Origin: Craspedostauros australis
Lineage: Eukaryota
Assembly (NCBI GenBank): GCA_030167865.1
Contig: JALAGF010000504.1
Location: forward strand, 1 to 64,000
Direction of reading: 5' to 3'
DNA: 64,000 nucleotides
Shown in pieces: positions 47,886 to 60,600 of the stretch; position 1 is the first letter of the stretch; every line of letters begins with the position of its first letter. A program made the translations under genes and the position numbers. The notes under the pieces were generated by a model. That model had not been told where the DNA came from. It ran no database searches and saw only the letters and a list, made by a program, of their open reading frames with translations.

Positions 47886-49412
47886 ATGGCGTCTCGGGGA
47901 ATGTTCGATGACTCGTCTTCTGATGAAGACGATGTGGGCGCTGCGCCAGCCAAGACCACCGAAGGCGACAACAGCAACAACGGCAACAACGGCAACGACG
48001 GCAACGACCAAAAGGAGCAAAAGGAGGACAACAACGAAAAGGCGCCCGAGAAGGGCAAAGCGGATGCCGACATGGCTGCAATCGGCGACGATGAAGATGA
48101 TGACAGCGACGGCAATGCCAACGCCAATGCAAACGCCAATGCAAACGCAAACGCCAATGCAAACGAGAAGGAAAAGGAAAAGCCACAGAAGGAAGACGGC
48201 GACAACCCAGCGCCCAAGCGTTCCAGGCTCTTCGATGACAGCGACGATGATGACGACAACGAAGGCGATGCGGAGTTTGATGACGAGGGAGCGATCGTCG
48301 GGTCTTCCAGGCCAGCCGCCAAGGAACGAGCGGAGGAAACGAAGGATGCCAACGAAGACGATGACGACATGGATGTGGATGGCGCGCCGCAGCAGGCCCG
48401 CAGTGCGCCCGTGAAGAAACCACCGAAGACGTCATCGCTCATCAGCATACCTCACCCCAGCGAGGACATCACCATGCACATGACCAAGCTTCCCAACTTG
48501 GTCGGCATCCAGATCAAAGCCTTCGACGCTGACGCGTACAAGGCGGAGGAGGAGGACGAGACCTTCCGCGGGTACGTGCACAACATGATCCGCTGGCGCT
48601 ACAAGCACGGCGAGGGCGGTCTTCCCGAGCGGGGCACGGATGGGAAGCCCATCAAGGAGAGCAACTCGAAGATCGTGCAGTGGAACGACGGCTCTTACAC
48701 ACTTCACATCGGAAACGATTGCTTCGAGATTGACGCCATCGACTCGAGCCAGCCGAGCGGATTCAAGGGATTGAACGGGTACATGTTCCTCTCACAAAAG
48801 GGCGTTTCCGGTTCCGACAAAGACGACGGCGAGTACGACACGATCCTTGAGGGCGTCCGCGGGGTCAGCAGCCGTTTGGTCGTGCGCCCATCATCGCTGC
48901 AGTCAGAAGCGCACAAGAGTCTCACAGTCGCCGTGCGCCAGAAGACCATCAAGAAGGCCCGCATCGCGCAGTACATGACTGAGGAGGATCCAGAAAAGGC
49001 CAAGCTGGACAAGAGCATCCAGCTCAACCCAGATGAGAGGAAGGCGCGAAAGAGACCGGCGAACCGATTCTCCGCCGGTTCCAGACGCGACTATGGAGGC
49101 CGCGATTACGACGATGACGGGGAGGGATACGACAGCACCAATATCCGTGGCATTCGCAAGCGCTCGATGGAGCAGGATGATTACGACGGTTACGGCGACG
49201 ACAGCGGCGAGGATGATTACCAGGACTCCTACCGGCAGGATATGAAGCGCAAGAAGCAAATGGGGATGGACAACGACGATGACGATGACGAGGAGGAGTT
49301 CCTCTTCGACAACGACTCGGATGATGACGAAGACAACGTCGCGCTCAACACCGCCAAGAACAAGACCAAGCGCGGTCACCACAACGCCGTTTTGGACGAC
49401 GATGAAGACTAG
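47886..49412 (+). CDS. LEO1: RNA polymerase II-associated Paf1 complex subunit Leo1
   Basis: Acidic N-terminus, then KLPNLVGI..AFD, NMIRWRY, ESNSKIVQWNDGSYTLHIG and RPSSLQSEAH. Confidence 0.93.
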   Translation: MASRGMFDDSSSDEDDVGAAPAKTTEGDNSNNGNNGNDGNDQKEQKEDNNEKAPEKGKADADMAAIGDDEDDDSDGNANANANANANANANANEKEKEKPQKEDGDNPAPKRSRLFDDSDDDDDNEGDAEFDDEGAIVGSSRPAAKERAEETKDANEDDDDMDVDGAPQQARSAPVKKPPKTSSLISIPHPSEDITMHMTKLPNLVGIQIKAFDADAYKAEEEDETFRGYVHNMIRWRYKHGEGGLPERGTDGKPIKESNSKIVQWNDGSYTLHIGNDCFEIDAIDSSQPSGFKGLNGYMFLSQKGVSGSDKDDGEYDTILEGVRGVSSRLVVRPSSLQSEAHKSLTVAVRQKTIKKARIAQYMTEEDPEKAKLDKSIQLNPDERKARKRPANRFSAGSRRDYGGRDYDDDGEGYDSTNIRGIRKRSMEQDDYDGYGDDSGEDDYQDSYRQDMKRKKQMGMDNDDDDDEEEFLFDNDSDDDEDNVALNTAKNKTKRGHHNAVLDDDED

Positions 49413-50241
49413 AGTATGTCTGGTACACCCTCGCGTTTCATTCGAGCCTCTCTTCCATCTCATTCCATTCTAATAGTGCGTATTATGGTTGCCATACTTC
49501 TGCTTTTCATTCTCGGGTACAGATGGAACATCATTCGTCGTCGCCAGCTATCGGGCAGCGAAAACCTAACGAGAATGGATGCTCCATGAGGAAGGGCGAT
49601 TGCAACTCTACTACATATGATAGTATCGGCGATCGACCATCTGTCAATCAAACACCACTCTGTTGTGTATGGTACACCCCGCACTGTCTAGTGTCGGCAG
49701 AGTACCGCACTATGCTTCAATTCCTCAAAAAAGATGCAGCGTTCGGCGTACCATTGGTCATTTCCATCAGGAAGCATCATCTACCTTCCCTCCAGGTTGT
49801 AACAATCGTGAACGTACGTCCAGACGTAACCGGTGACATCAAATTCCATTCAATCAAAATGACATTGTGATACATTTTTGAGTTATGCATATTTACCGCA
49901 ACTTAGCATACAACACAGTTTCAGATCAGTCGTGCAATGTTTGGATCGGTTGATTCGATTCCCGTCTTTCACGCATGTTTGGTCAGACGCAACCGTGACA
50001 CGAATGGAATAGGGACATCAAGATGATGTGGAAACGACATGAGAACAATTCGAGGGTGGACATCACCACAACCACCGACCACATGAAGCACATCGCAAAC
50101 GCATCATCCGTCTCCCTTTTTGTTTTTGGCAGAAACAAGGATCGCAAGATCCAGACCCAGCACACAAATGCAAATCCACACGTCCAAGAGCGTCAAGAGG
50201 GAGATTGCACCAGTGAACATCGGCGAACGGAATTTGACACC

Positions 50242-53200
50242 ATGCCAGGTCGTGCACGAAGACAAGCGAAGTCGGAGAGGAGCACGGCTGCGGCTGCGGC
50301 AAGCGCGGTGGCCGATGAACGAAAGATGGCAACCTCTGCAAGCAGTCAATTGGCTTCCGCAGAGTCAGGGAAGATCGGCGGGAAGCATTCGAGTTCGCAG
50401 CTGCAGCCGCCAAAGATCAAGACACCGTTTCAATGGGGAAGGGTGAGGGCCAGCCCGTTCGGCTCGTGCCTCGACAGCGTGCAGGCCGGGAGGAGCACAT
50501 CGGAATGGAACGCATGGCGCAAGACGAACCTCCCACCGCTCAACCCACCGCGTGAAGGATACGGTCACGTCTACGGGCAGAGCACGATCGACGCTGTCGA
50601 CAACACCTTGCTGGGGAGTCAACCGAAGGCATCCAAGCCGCCCCCACCGTCACCATCGTTGTCCGCGCCAATTCCTTCAGCGTCACTTGCAGCGACTGCA
50701 ACTGCGACGGCAACCACAAAGGACATGACGGCGGAAGAAGCTGATGCAATGGAGGCATACGACTTCGGTTCCACCAAGACACCGGACGATTCCCCCATCG
50801 GCTCGCTGCGTGACAAGTGGAGGGTGGTGCCCTACTTCCTCAAGCTGCGTTCCTTGATGCGGCAGCACATCGATTCGTTCGACCATTTCGTCAACGTCGA
50901 AATGAACCAGATCGTCCAATCGCCCAGCGCGAGGGAGATTCGGTCGGACCACGATCCCAACTTCTACCTGCAGTACACGGATTGCTGGGTCGGAGAGCCG
51001 TCGGTGGAGGAAGACGCTTACGCCGTCCACTCGACGACCCCGTTCCAGTGCAGATTGCGCGACTGCACCTACTCGGCACCCATCTACGTCAGCGTTCGCT
51101 ACACGAGAGGACGGCAGATCGTGCAGAAGCGCAAGGTCATGATCGGGAGGATTCCCATCATGCTGCGTTCTCAGAAGTGCGTCCTGTACAACAAGACGGA
51201 ACGGCAGCTGGCTGCCATGAAGGAATGCCCGTACGATCCCGGTGGATACTTCGTCGTCAAGGGCAACGAAAAGGTCATCCTCATCCAGGAACAGCTCTCC
51301 AAGAACCGCGTGATCCTGGAGGAAGACCAGAAGGGGGAGATTTCTGCCAGCATCACGTCGTCCACGCGCGAGCGAAAGTCCAAGGCCTACATCGCCATGA
51401 AGAACGGCAAGGTGTACCTCAAGAACAACACGCTCGGCGATGACATCCCGATCGCGGTCGTCTTCAAGGCAATGGGGATCGAGAGTGACATGGAGGCAGT
51501 CCAGCTTGTCGGCAGCGAACCGGAGATCATCGACGCGCTGGCGTTGTCCTTGGAGGAGCCCAGCAAGCTGGGAATCCAGACCAACATGCAAGCACTCAAG
51601 TTCATCGGCAGCAAGATCCGACGCAACAGCAACAGCTACCGCCGTCCGCAGGCACCCGAGGATGAGGCCAGGGAGGTGTTGGATCGCGTCGTGTTGAGCC
51701 ACGTCCCCGTCCACAATTTTGACTTTCGGGCCAAGGCGATGTACGTCGGGCATATCACCCGGAGGGTTCTCATGGTGAAGCTCGGCAAGATGCCATTCGA
51801 TGACAAGGATTACTACGGCAACAAGCGTCTGGAGCTCGCCGGCAGCCTCCTCTCGCTGCTCTTCGAGGATCTCTTCAAATTGTTCAACAGCGACCTCAAG
51901 AGGCAGGCGGACATGGTCCTGTCCAAACCAAACCGAGCGCAAGCCTTCGATGTCGTCAAGAGCATCCGACCCGATACCATCACGCAGGGCATGGTCAATG
52001 CGATCGCGACTGGCAACTGGGTGCTCAAGCGTTTCCGCATGGACAGAGCAGGCGTGACGCAGGTGCTGACCCGTCTGTCCTTCATGTCGGCAGTCGGTAT
52101 GATGACCAGGATCAACAGTCAGTTCGAAAAGACGAGGAAGGTCAGCGGTCCGCGGTCGTTGCAACCGAGCCAGTGGGGCATGCTGTGCCCGGCGGACACG
52201 CCCGAGGGAGAGGCTTGCGGATTGGTGAAGAACCTTGCCCTGCTCGCTCACATCACAACCGATGAGGACAACCAGCCCATCGAGCGTCTCTGTCGCGACT
52301 TGGGCGTCGAGGATGTGAATCGCATGACCGGCCACGAAATGAATTCGCTGCAAGCGTACTTGGTCCTCCTCAACGGTCTCATCATCGGAGTACACCGACG
52401 GCCGAAACAGCTCGTCAGCGATCTCAGAACGATGCGCCGCCACGGTTTGGCTGGAGAATTCGTGTCCTTCTACCTCCACGAAGGCCAGCGCGCAGTGCAT
52501 ATTGCCACTGACGGCGGACGCGTCTGCCGGCCTCTCATCATCGTGGACGAAGAGACGGGTTTACCTCGTCTGAAACAAACGCACGTGGAGGCCTTGGCAG
52601 TGGGGACCTTGCAGATTGAGGACCTGCTGAAGCAGGGCATCGTCGAGTACGTGGACTGCAACGAGGAGAACAACACCCTGATCGCCGTCACGGAGCGCGA
52701 TCTCGCAATCGCGCGCAAAAAGGGTCTGAAGAATCTGAGGATGAGATACACCCACCTCGAGGTCGACCCGTTCACCATCATCGGCGTTGTCGGCGGTGTC
52801 ATCCCGTATCCCCATCACAATCAAGCACCCAGAAACACGTACACCGTCGCCATGAGTAAGCAAGCGATGGGCACGATCGGGATCAACGAATACGAGCGGA
52901 TGGATGGCCTCATCTACACTCTGGTGTACCCGCAGAAACCCCTCGTGAAGTCCCGAACTTTGGATCTTGTGAACTTCGACAACATTCCCGCCGGGCACAA
53001 CACGTGCATCGCGGTGATGAGTTACAGCGGGTACGACATTGAGGATGCGGTCATTCTGAACAAGTCCGCTATCGACCGTGGCTTCGGTCGGTGCATGGTC
53101 TTCAAGAAACACCAAACCAGCGTGCGGCGTTACATGAACGGTTCCATGGATCGCACGTGCGGCCCGCCGGATCCCAGCGCCTTCAAGGACGGCGAAGAGG

Positions 53201-54234
53201 ATTCACGATATGCGCGTTACCGACCGATCGACCAAGATGGCATATGCATGGTGGGCGAACGGATGGAAAGTGGTTACATCATGGTCAACAAGGAGTCGCC
53301 GATGGACACGACGAGCAACATGGGAGGAGCCGGGTTGGACATCAACATGGGCATGTCCATGACCAACATCCAGTACAAGCCGACCATGCTGTCGTACCGC
53401 AGCGGCGAACCATGCTACGTGGACAAGGTGCTGATCACGTCGAACGAGTACGAGCAGTTCCTCATCAAGGTGATGCTCCGTCAAATCCGACGGCCCGAAG
53501 TCGGTGATAAGTTCGCATCGAGGCACGGGCAGAAGGGCGTGTGCGGCTTGATCGCACCGCAAGAAGATCTGCCCTTCAACGACCTGGGGCACTGCCCTGA
53601 CATGATCATGAATCCGCACGGTTTCCCATCCCGAATGACCGTCGGTAAGCTGCTGGAGCTGCTGGTGGGCAAGTCAGGTCTGTACGAAGGGCGTCAAGGC
53701 TACTCATCCCCGTTCGGCGAGGAGCATGGATCGGCAGACACCGCCGAGGCCACGGCAGAAGCTCTGCTGCGCAACGGGCTCAACTACACGGGCAAGGACA
53801 TCTTTTACAGCGGCGCCACGGGCGAACCGCTGGATGCCTACATCTTCTCCGGGCCTGTGTTCTACCAAAAGCTGAAGCACATGGTGCTGGACAAGGCTCA
53901 CGCACGCGCGCGAGGCCCGCGTGCTGTGCTGACACGCCAACCGACGGAGGGTCGATCGCGTGACGGTGGCCTGCGTTTGGGAGAGATGGAGCGCGACTGC
54001 TTGATTGCGTACGGCGCCGCCAACCTCATCATGGAACGATTGATGCATTCGTCGGATGCGTTCTCTGCCAACGTCTGTCTGACCTGCGGTTTGCTGCAGT
54101 ACCAGAACTGGTGTCAGTACTGCAGATCCGGCGAGAAGGTGGCCGACATCCGACTCCCGTACGCCTGCAAGCTGCTGTTCCAAGAGCTGCAGTCCATGAA
54201 CGTCGTTCCGCGCCTGCGATTGCAAGATGTGTAG
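50242..54234 (+). CDS. RPC2: DNA-directed RNA polymerase III second-largest subunit
   Basis: KWRVVPYFLKLRSLMRQHIDSF, GNKRLELAG, GDKFASRHGQKG, GGLRLGEMERD, PYACKLLFQELQSMN. Intronless. Start ambiguous between 50023 and 50724. Confidence 0.96.
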   Translation: MPGRARRQAKSERSTAAAAASAVADERKMATSASSQLASAESGKIGGKHSSSQLQPPKIKTPFQWGRVRASPFGSCLDSVQAGRSTSEWNAWRKTNLPPLNPPREGYGHVYGQSTIDAVDNTLLGSQPKASKPPPPSPSLSAPIPSASLAATATATATTKDMTAEEADAMEAYDFGSTKTPDDSPIGSLRDKWRVVPYFLKLRSLMRQHIDSFDHFVNVEMNQIVQSPSAREIRSDHDPNFYLQYTDCWVGEPSVEEDAYAVHSTTPFQCRLRDCTYSAPIYVSVRYTRGRQIVQKRKVMIGRIPIMLRSQKCVLYNKTERQLAAMKECPYDPGGYFVVKGNEKVILIQEQLSKNRVILEEDQKGEISASITSSTRERKSKAYIAMKNGKVYLKNNTLGDDIPIAVVFKAMGIESDMEAVQLVGSEPEIIDALALSLEEPSKLGIQTNMQALKFIGSKIRRNSNSYRRPQAPEDEAREVLDRVVLSHVPVHNFDFRAKAMYVGHITRRVLMVKLGKMPFDDKDYYGNKRLELAGSLLSLLFEDLFKLFNSDLKRQADMVLSKPNRAQAFDVVKSIRPDTITQGMVNAIATGNWVLKRFRMDRAGVTQVLTRLSFMSAVGMMTRINSQFEKTRKVSGPRSLQPSQWGMLCPADTPEGEACGLVKNLALLAHITTDEDNQPIERLCRDLGVEDVNRMTGHEMNSLQAYLVLLNGLIIGVHRRPKQLVSDLRTMRRHGLAGEFVSFYLHEGQRAVHIATDGGRVCRPLIIVDEETGLPRLKQTHVEALAVGTLQIEDLLKQGIVEYVDCNEENNTLIAVTERDLAIARKKGLKNLRMRYTHLEVDPFTIIGVVGGVIPYPHHNQAPRNTYTVAMSKQAMGTIGINEYERMDGLIYTLVYPQKPLVKSRTLDLVNFDNIPAGHNTCIAVMSYSGYDIEDAVILNKSAIDRGFGRCMVFKKHQTSVRRYMNGSMDRTCGPPDPSAFKDGEEDSRYARYRPIDQDGICMVGERMESGYIMVNKESPMDTTSNMGGAGLDINMGMSMTNIQYKPTMLSYRSGEPCYVDKVLITSNEYEQFLIKVMLRQIRRPEVGDKFASRHGQKGVCGLIAPQEDLPFNDLGHCPDMIMNPHGFPSRMTVGKLLELLVGKSGLYEGRQGYSSPFGEEHGSADTAEATAEALLRNGLNYTGKDIFYSGATGEPLDAYIFSGPVFYQKLKHMVLDKAHARARGPRAVLTRQPTEGRSRDGGLRLGEMERDCLIAYGAANLIMERLMHSSDAFSANVCLTCGLLQYQNWCQYCRSGEKVADIRLPYACKLLFQELQSMNVVPRLRLQDV

Positions 54235-54651
54235 AGTGGTCGAACATATACTATTCTATGTATGTAGAGCAGAACACATTGGGTATTTACCATACACACG
54301 AGTGCTGGTAGGATTGGAGTTATGTCCTCGCACGCAGAGATGAGAGTTCCTCGATCTACCTCGTACTGGGACGTGCCTGGCCGCAACCACGGACAATACC
54401 GAGGCGATGCAGACGAAAGCATCATACGTAACATGAGAGAGCATGGGGATACCGCGCACGTACAGTATGTGGAGTAACTGAATTGAACTCGAGGCTGTCA
54501 CCATGTTTGAGAGATGGCGTTGGATAGAAGTAAACTCTCTACTCGTAGAGGACGCGCACGTATTCATTGTGCACTTGAAGCATTATTGTCCCGTTCCATT
54601 CTGCTCTAACCTTCTCCACTCGCAGTACTCGTGCATAGGTCATATGATACT

Positions 54652-55859
54652 CTATTTAGATTTCTGATGATAAAAACGGAACTTCATGACGAAGAAGAGG
54701 ATTCCGTGGCACACCAGGATGGCCACTGACAGCGCCGGTGCCTTGGAGTTGGATGTGTCCGCTGTCATCAGCGCCGGCACGATGTTGCGGACGATCAACC
54801 CGGCCGACATGGCCGTTGCGACGAGCAGGGCAATCCATGACATGATTGAAAAGGGGATGACGCAAATGAAGCCCGCCGGGATGAAGGCGATGAGGGAGTA
54901 TCCGTAGATGCAAACGCATTCGACGAGCTGCAGAGAGTTCATGGAGAGGCACTGCGTGGTGACCCAGAGCACCGTGGGGATGACGAATGCCACGACGCAC
55001 ATGGTGGAGGCTGCGTGAAGGAGGTGGTTGATGTCGTAGTCAAATTCGTCGACGTCGTCTGCGTGCACGTACGCGTGCATGTTGGATGTTACCTGTCATG
55101 TGCATGCACGAGTCGAGCAGTGGAATATAATAGGGATCACGAGAAGAGAAATGTGAGACCAACGCGAGACCAATACAAGAATGATGAATGATGCATGAAG
55201 TAGAAGCACGTGTGGGCCGGTGCTTGGGCAGATGCGAGAGAACGTCGTTGGATTCTGCATCATCTCGCGGAGTTCAATTGGATTGAAGCAACCTGAATGC
55301 ATGATACAGTAGTTTGACAGCGAGCAGAGAGCATCATCGAGCACCATCGAGTTTTGAGCATCATATAATATCATGATTTCTCAAGCCAAATCGCGCGACT
55401 TACACCAAGCAAGAAAATGAGGGTCATGGTGATCCAGAAGGGTCCGTAGAGATCTGGTCCCTTGAGGGTGTCCGTCCGGGCGACGCCCACGACTTCGGCG
55501 CGGAAGTACTGCGGCTTGTAGAAGTCCACAAGCGCGGACTTCATCCGCATGACGATGTCATCCGCGTCGATGTCGAAGTAGGCGCGGTAGGTGTCGATGG
55601 AGAATGCCGTCATGAGGTTGCCGCACCAAGAGAAAGGTCCCGATGGCGCCTGCGGTGGTTGCTGCATCTGCATCTGTCCATTGTCCATGGTCCCGGACAT
55701 GGAAGGAGATGGCTGGAACTGCTGCTGCGGCATCTGCGAGGTTGGTGGAAGACCATCCTGCATCTGCATCTGTGGCTGGAAAGGATCGCTCTGGCCGACG
55801 GAGGTTTGGAACGGAGCATTGCCGTACTCCGTCGACTCTTCCACTGTTGACTTCAGCAT
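54652..55859 (-). CDS. Yip1-domain Golgi membrane protein (YIPF1/2-like)
   Basis: complement join(54652..55092,55404..55859). YRAYFDID, PDLYGPFWITMTLIF, CIYGYSL and five TM segments. Confidence 0.92.
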
Positions 55860-57640
55860 GGTCTTTGCACTTCAGTTGGTGTTGCTGTACTATTATATGT
55901 AGAGTTAATAGGGTAGTTGGGCAGGTTGGATTCCTTCTGTCGCTTGGGGCGTGCCTGTTCTGGTATGTTATTGGTATGGATACTGCGGATCTGAACGAGT
56001 ATCGTCGTCTGTGTCCGTCACTCCCGCTGTTGGTTCGTGCTTTCGATCTGCAGCCAACAGCCGTTGCCGTCTCTTGTTTTCGCGTCATTTGCACATCATT
56101 TGCGCGTTGTTTCGCCGTCGGTGTGTGTCTTTTGGTCATTTTTCGTCTGCGCAAGAATGATGAAATGAAGCGCCGAAATAGTCCCTCCTTGCCCAAACAA
56201 ATGAACCACGACTAACTCGTTCCCTATCCTGCCGATCGCATTTGCATCACACGCTACGCGAAGTGGACTAGTTTGTGTGGAGAGATGGTGGGCAGCACGA
56301 CATTCGCAACTTGCTGATCCCTTTCGATGGTTTCTGGAGTGATTGAAAAAATGTTGGTCGTGCTCGTGTCTTTGGTCCTAAATGACATTATCGGTTTGAG
56401 TTCAACTACCATGGACATATATATGATGGGGAGGTTTTATCGCTGTTGTCCGTGTTAAATCATCACAAATTCTTTTCCTTCACAGAGCAAAACGACAAAT
56501 GCAAAAGAAGCACATAATTTTCAAAGTTATTGGCTATTTACCTATCGTTTGGTACATAAGTCGGTTATTAGTAGAATATATACTGTAATGATTTATAATT
56601 TGAATTTACCGCAACTTACTCATTCCGGTGTTTCTGCATTGATTTATCACCACCGACTTGTGCGCATGAAGTCTCGTCACCAGAATGTCGTGTGCGACAA
56701 AAATGGACATCGTTGGATTAAATGAATCGGAAACGCGAAGTCAGACTCGAGCCAAACCGTCCTCCCTTCCGCAAGAGTGATAAAGACTCGTCCTTTCGCT
56801 TTCCGTGTTGAGCAACAACAACGTGAAAACGACGACGAGGCGGCACGAGTACACTCCAAAGGACAAACACGAACAAGCACGACCAGCCAAAGGAAGCTTC
56901 ATGGGCGGGAAGCACAAAAGCACCCGCGACGTTCGCGTAGCAACGAGGTATCAGTACACGGACGAGCACGGAGGAAACGCAAACGGAAAACGCGTCTGCT
57001 CTCTGAGCCAAAACCGAGAAGGCGGCTTGGGCCCGTTTGTGACAGGCAGAGAAACAGGCTGAGCAGACAGAAGAAGAAGGAAGAAGCACGAAAAGGCACT
57101 TGTCTGCCGCTGTTACCTTGTTGGTGCCCGCTTGTTCCGTGCTGTGCATGGGCATGCAGAGGCGGAGGCGGTGGCAAACCAGCGCATCTTGGCGCAGCTA
57201 AAAAGGCGGTGTTCCATAAGACGACCACGAACAGGCAGCAAACAGGAGCAGAATCAGTGACAGTACCAAACACTGGCACTAACAACAGCAACAGCAACAC
57301 CAACAGCATCGAAACACCACCAAAGAGAGGCGCCAAAAGCCAAGGAGGCAGACACAAACACAGCGACGACAGCGACGACGCAAGGTTGATGACCCCTTGC
57401 ATGAAGGCCCAGGAGTACAAGCGCAGCATACCCACATTCTCCATTTGAGAAACATACCCCAACAGCAAAGCAAGTTGGCAAGAACAGTCAGCAAGAGAAC
57501 AAGAGAGCAAGAACATCCTCTTCAGACATACCTGTGCCATCACCCGTTGACATCATATCTCCAAGCGTGCCACAGCAATAGTCACAGCAACAGCAACAGA
57601 GGAGGGAGCATCCCAAGCGTAGCAGTTCGACAGCCACAGG

Positions 57641-60600
57641 ATGGACTCCTACCACGACGACTCGTCGGCCGGCTCGCTGTCCGACGTCGACAGCTTCAAC
57701 GACGGACCGAAAGGATCCGAGGCATCCGTCAACAACGATGACGACACGCGACACTCCAGCAGCGGACACCAGGACTCCGTGCATTCCTCTGCCGACACCG
57801 TCGCCGATGCGATCGCTCGCCAGGACACCAAGGCCGCTTGCCACCTGCGCGTGCTCGTGATCGCCCTCTTCGTCTTCATGTCGGTCTTCGTTCCCATCGT
57901 CATCTACATCACGGCCAACAACCACGAGAAGGACGCCTTCGATCAGGAGTTCAAGGCGCTCGCCACCAAGGTGGTGGACAGCTTCGAGTTCAACGTGGCC
58001 CGCAAGCTCGGAGCCATCGACTCGCTGGACATCTCAGTCACCTCCTACGCCTCCGGCACCAACTCAGACTTCCCGTTCGTCACCATGCCGGACTTCGATC
58101 TGCGAGCGGCCAACACCCTGGCGCTCTCCGACACCTTCTCCGTCTTTCTGGTCCCGCTCGTTTCCAGCCTGCTCAAGGGCAAGTACGAGACCTACGTCGA
58201 CGAGAACAAGAAGTGGATCGACGAGGCCTTGGCACGCGAAGGCACCAGCCAGACGACCCGCAGACTCGACTCCAGCGCGGTGCACCCCGAGCTCTTCCAG
58301 TACGACGACAACAGCGAGCGCCAGCCAGTGAGCGGCGAAGGCCCTTTCTTCCCCATCTGGCAGAATGCCCCTGTCACGGAGGCCTTTGTCAACTTCGACT
58401 TGGGCTCCATCGAAACTTCCAAGGAAGGCATCATCGCCATGCTCGACAGCAACGAGGCAGTCCTCGGCAAGGTGGAGAGCATCAATGATTGGGAAGAAGT
58501 CTTCGCCCAGGAGTTCAGCGATCTCGTCAAGTCCCAAGGCAGCACCTTCTTTGCCGACCAGCCAATCAGCAGCATCTTCTACCCGGTCTTCGATAAGTTC
58601 GGCGAGGGCGCCAACTTGGTGGCTCTCATCTCCATCGTCATCTTTTGGCACACGTTCTTCGAGGGGGTAAGTCACAATGAAAGTGAACGTGCACATGCAA
58701 GTGCAAGCGTAGCAACAGACGAAGAGAATAGTGTGTATTGCATCGAATTGAATCGGCTTCAATCAGATTGGAACCAAGCAGAGAGATCGTGAAACAGCGC
58801 AAGGAGAACAACGAACCAAGTGCAAAGTGCGCAGCACACAGTACACAGTACACAGTACAGCGTTCTTCTCTGGCCGAGGCGAGGCACAGCCAACCGCTCT
58901 GATGGATCCGGCTTGACTTGTTTTGACTTGGCTCTTATGTTGCGTGTTTGTTTTGGTTCTGAAGTCATTGCGGACCAGCAGCGTTCACGCTTCCACTCAT
59001 TCATCCTGTTGATGTCTACCATCGTCTTGCCGCTGCGCTAAATCTAACCTCACGCCCCTTCTCCCACGCCCGCACAAACACACACTTGCACATGCATGCA
59101 TGCACACACATTCGCACAACAACCACGAGCGCAGATTCTCCCATCAAATGCGGAAGGCGTCGTCTGCGTCGTGTCCAACGAATGCGGCCAAAGCTTCACA
59201 TACCAGATCAATGGCCAGATCCCAGATTATCTCGGCCCTGATGATCGTCACGATACCACCTACGACGATGATGCCGTCTCCTACCACGTCAGCTCCATCC
59301 GGCAGTCGGACACCTTCACGTTCCGCCAGTCCAGCATCCCTCTCAACAAGAAGTTCTGCCCGTACACACTCACTGTCTACCCCTCCGACACCCTGCGGGA
59401 TGAATTCATCACGTACAAGCCCGCCCTGTACACCGCTTGCGTGGCGTTGGCATTCGTCCTCATCTCGGCTGTTGCGGTTACCTACGACTGTGTCGTGCAG
59501 CGCCGTCTCAAGGCCGTCCTGGAATCCGCGCTCGAGTCCAGAGCCATCGTCTCGTCTCTTTTCCCAGCCAACGTCCGTGACCGTCTCTTCGAGCAGGATG
59601 GCCAGCCAGCAGCCGAAAAGCCTGGCGAGTCGGCGGAGAAAGCGTCTTCCAAGGACCAGAACATGACGGCTCACCCGGCCAAGATGCGACTCAAGAGCTT
59701 CCTCCACGATGGACCCAAGGGCATGGCCAACAACTCCAGCGTCTTGCAGAGCAAGCCCATCGCCGATCTCTTCCCCCACACAACCGTGCTTTTCGCAGAT
59801 ATCGCAGGATTCACTGCGTGGAGTTCCGAACGCGAGCCAGCGCAGGTGTTCATGCTCCTGCAGACCATCTTCCACTTCTTCGACAACATCGCAAGAAAGT
59901 GGGGCGTCTTCAAGGTTGAGACCATCGGAGATTGCTACGTGGCCGTCACAGGTTTGCCAGGTACGTTGAGCATGCAGTACATGTGGATGCTTTCTTTCTC
60001 TGCCCGCTGCGCCTTGTCTTGAAAATGTGAAAATCTTTGCCCTCTTGCTGAGGGGTATTCCACTCTGCTCTCCATTGTCCATGCAATAACTCACGTGCCT
60101 TCTTCTCTTCCAAAAACCCTTCTGCCCGTCCTTTCTTTTGTTCAATGATCAATTGCAACGCACCAATTCTTTCCTTGGTTGTGAATGCCGTGTGTTACCA
60201 CATGCCTCGCTGCCACCACACCAACCATTTCTGACATACTCGTACCACAGACCCACAACCTGATCACGCCATTCGCATGACCAAGTTCGCGCGCGAATGC
60301 CTCCGCAAGGTCACGGATCTTACCCACACCCTCGAGACTACGCTGGGTCCAGACACCGGTGACCTCTCCATGCGTTTCGGACTTCACAGCGGCCCGGTTA
60401 CTGCCGGTGTGCTGCGTGGAGAAAAGAGTCAGTTCCAGCTGTTCGGAGACACCGTCAACACAGCAAGCCGCATGGAAGGTACTGGAAAGAAGAACAACAT
60501 CCAAATCTCGCAGTCCACCGCAGACTTGCTGGTCGAATCCGGCAAGGAGGCATGGATCCACCCACGCGACGAACTTGTCAGCATCAAGGGCAAGGGACAG

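Noticed and set aside
56777-57543. 200+ aa ORFs upstream of the cyclase gene
   Set aside because: Low-complexity CA-rich 5' leader/promoter sequence; no protein-like features.
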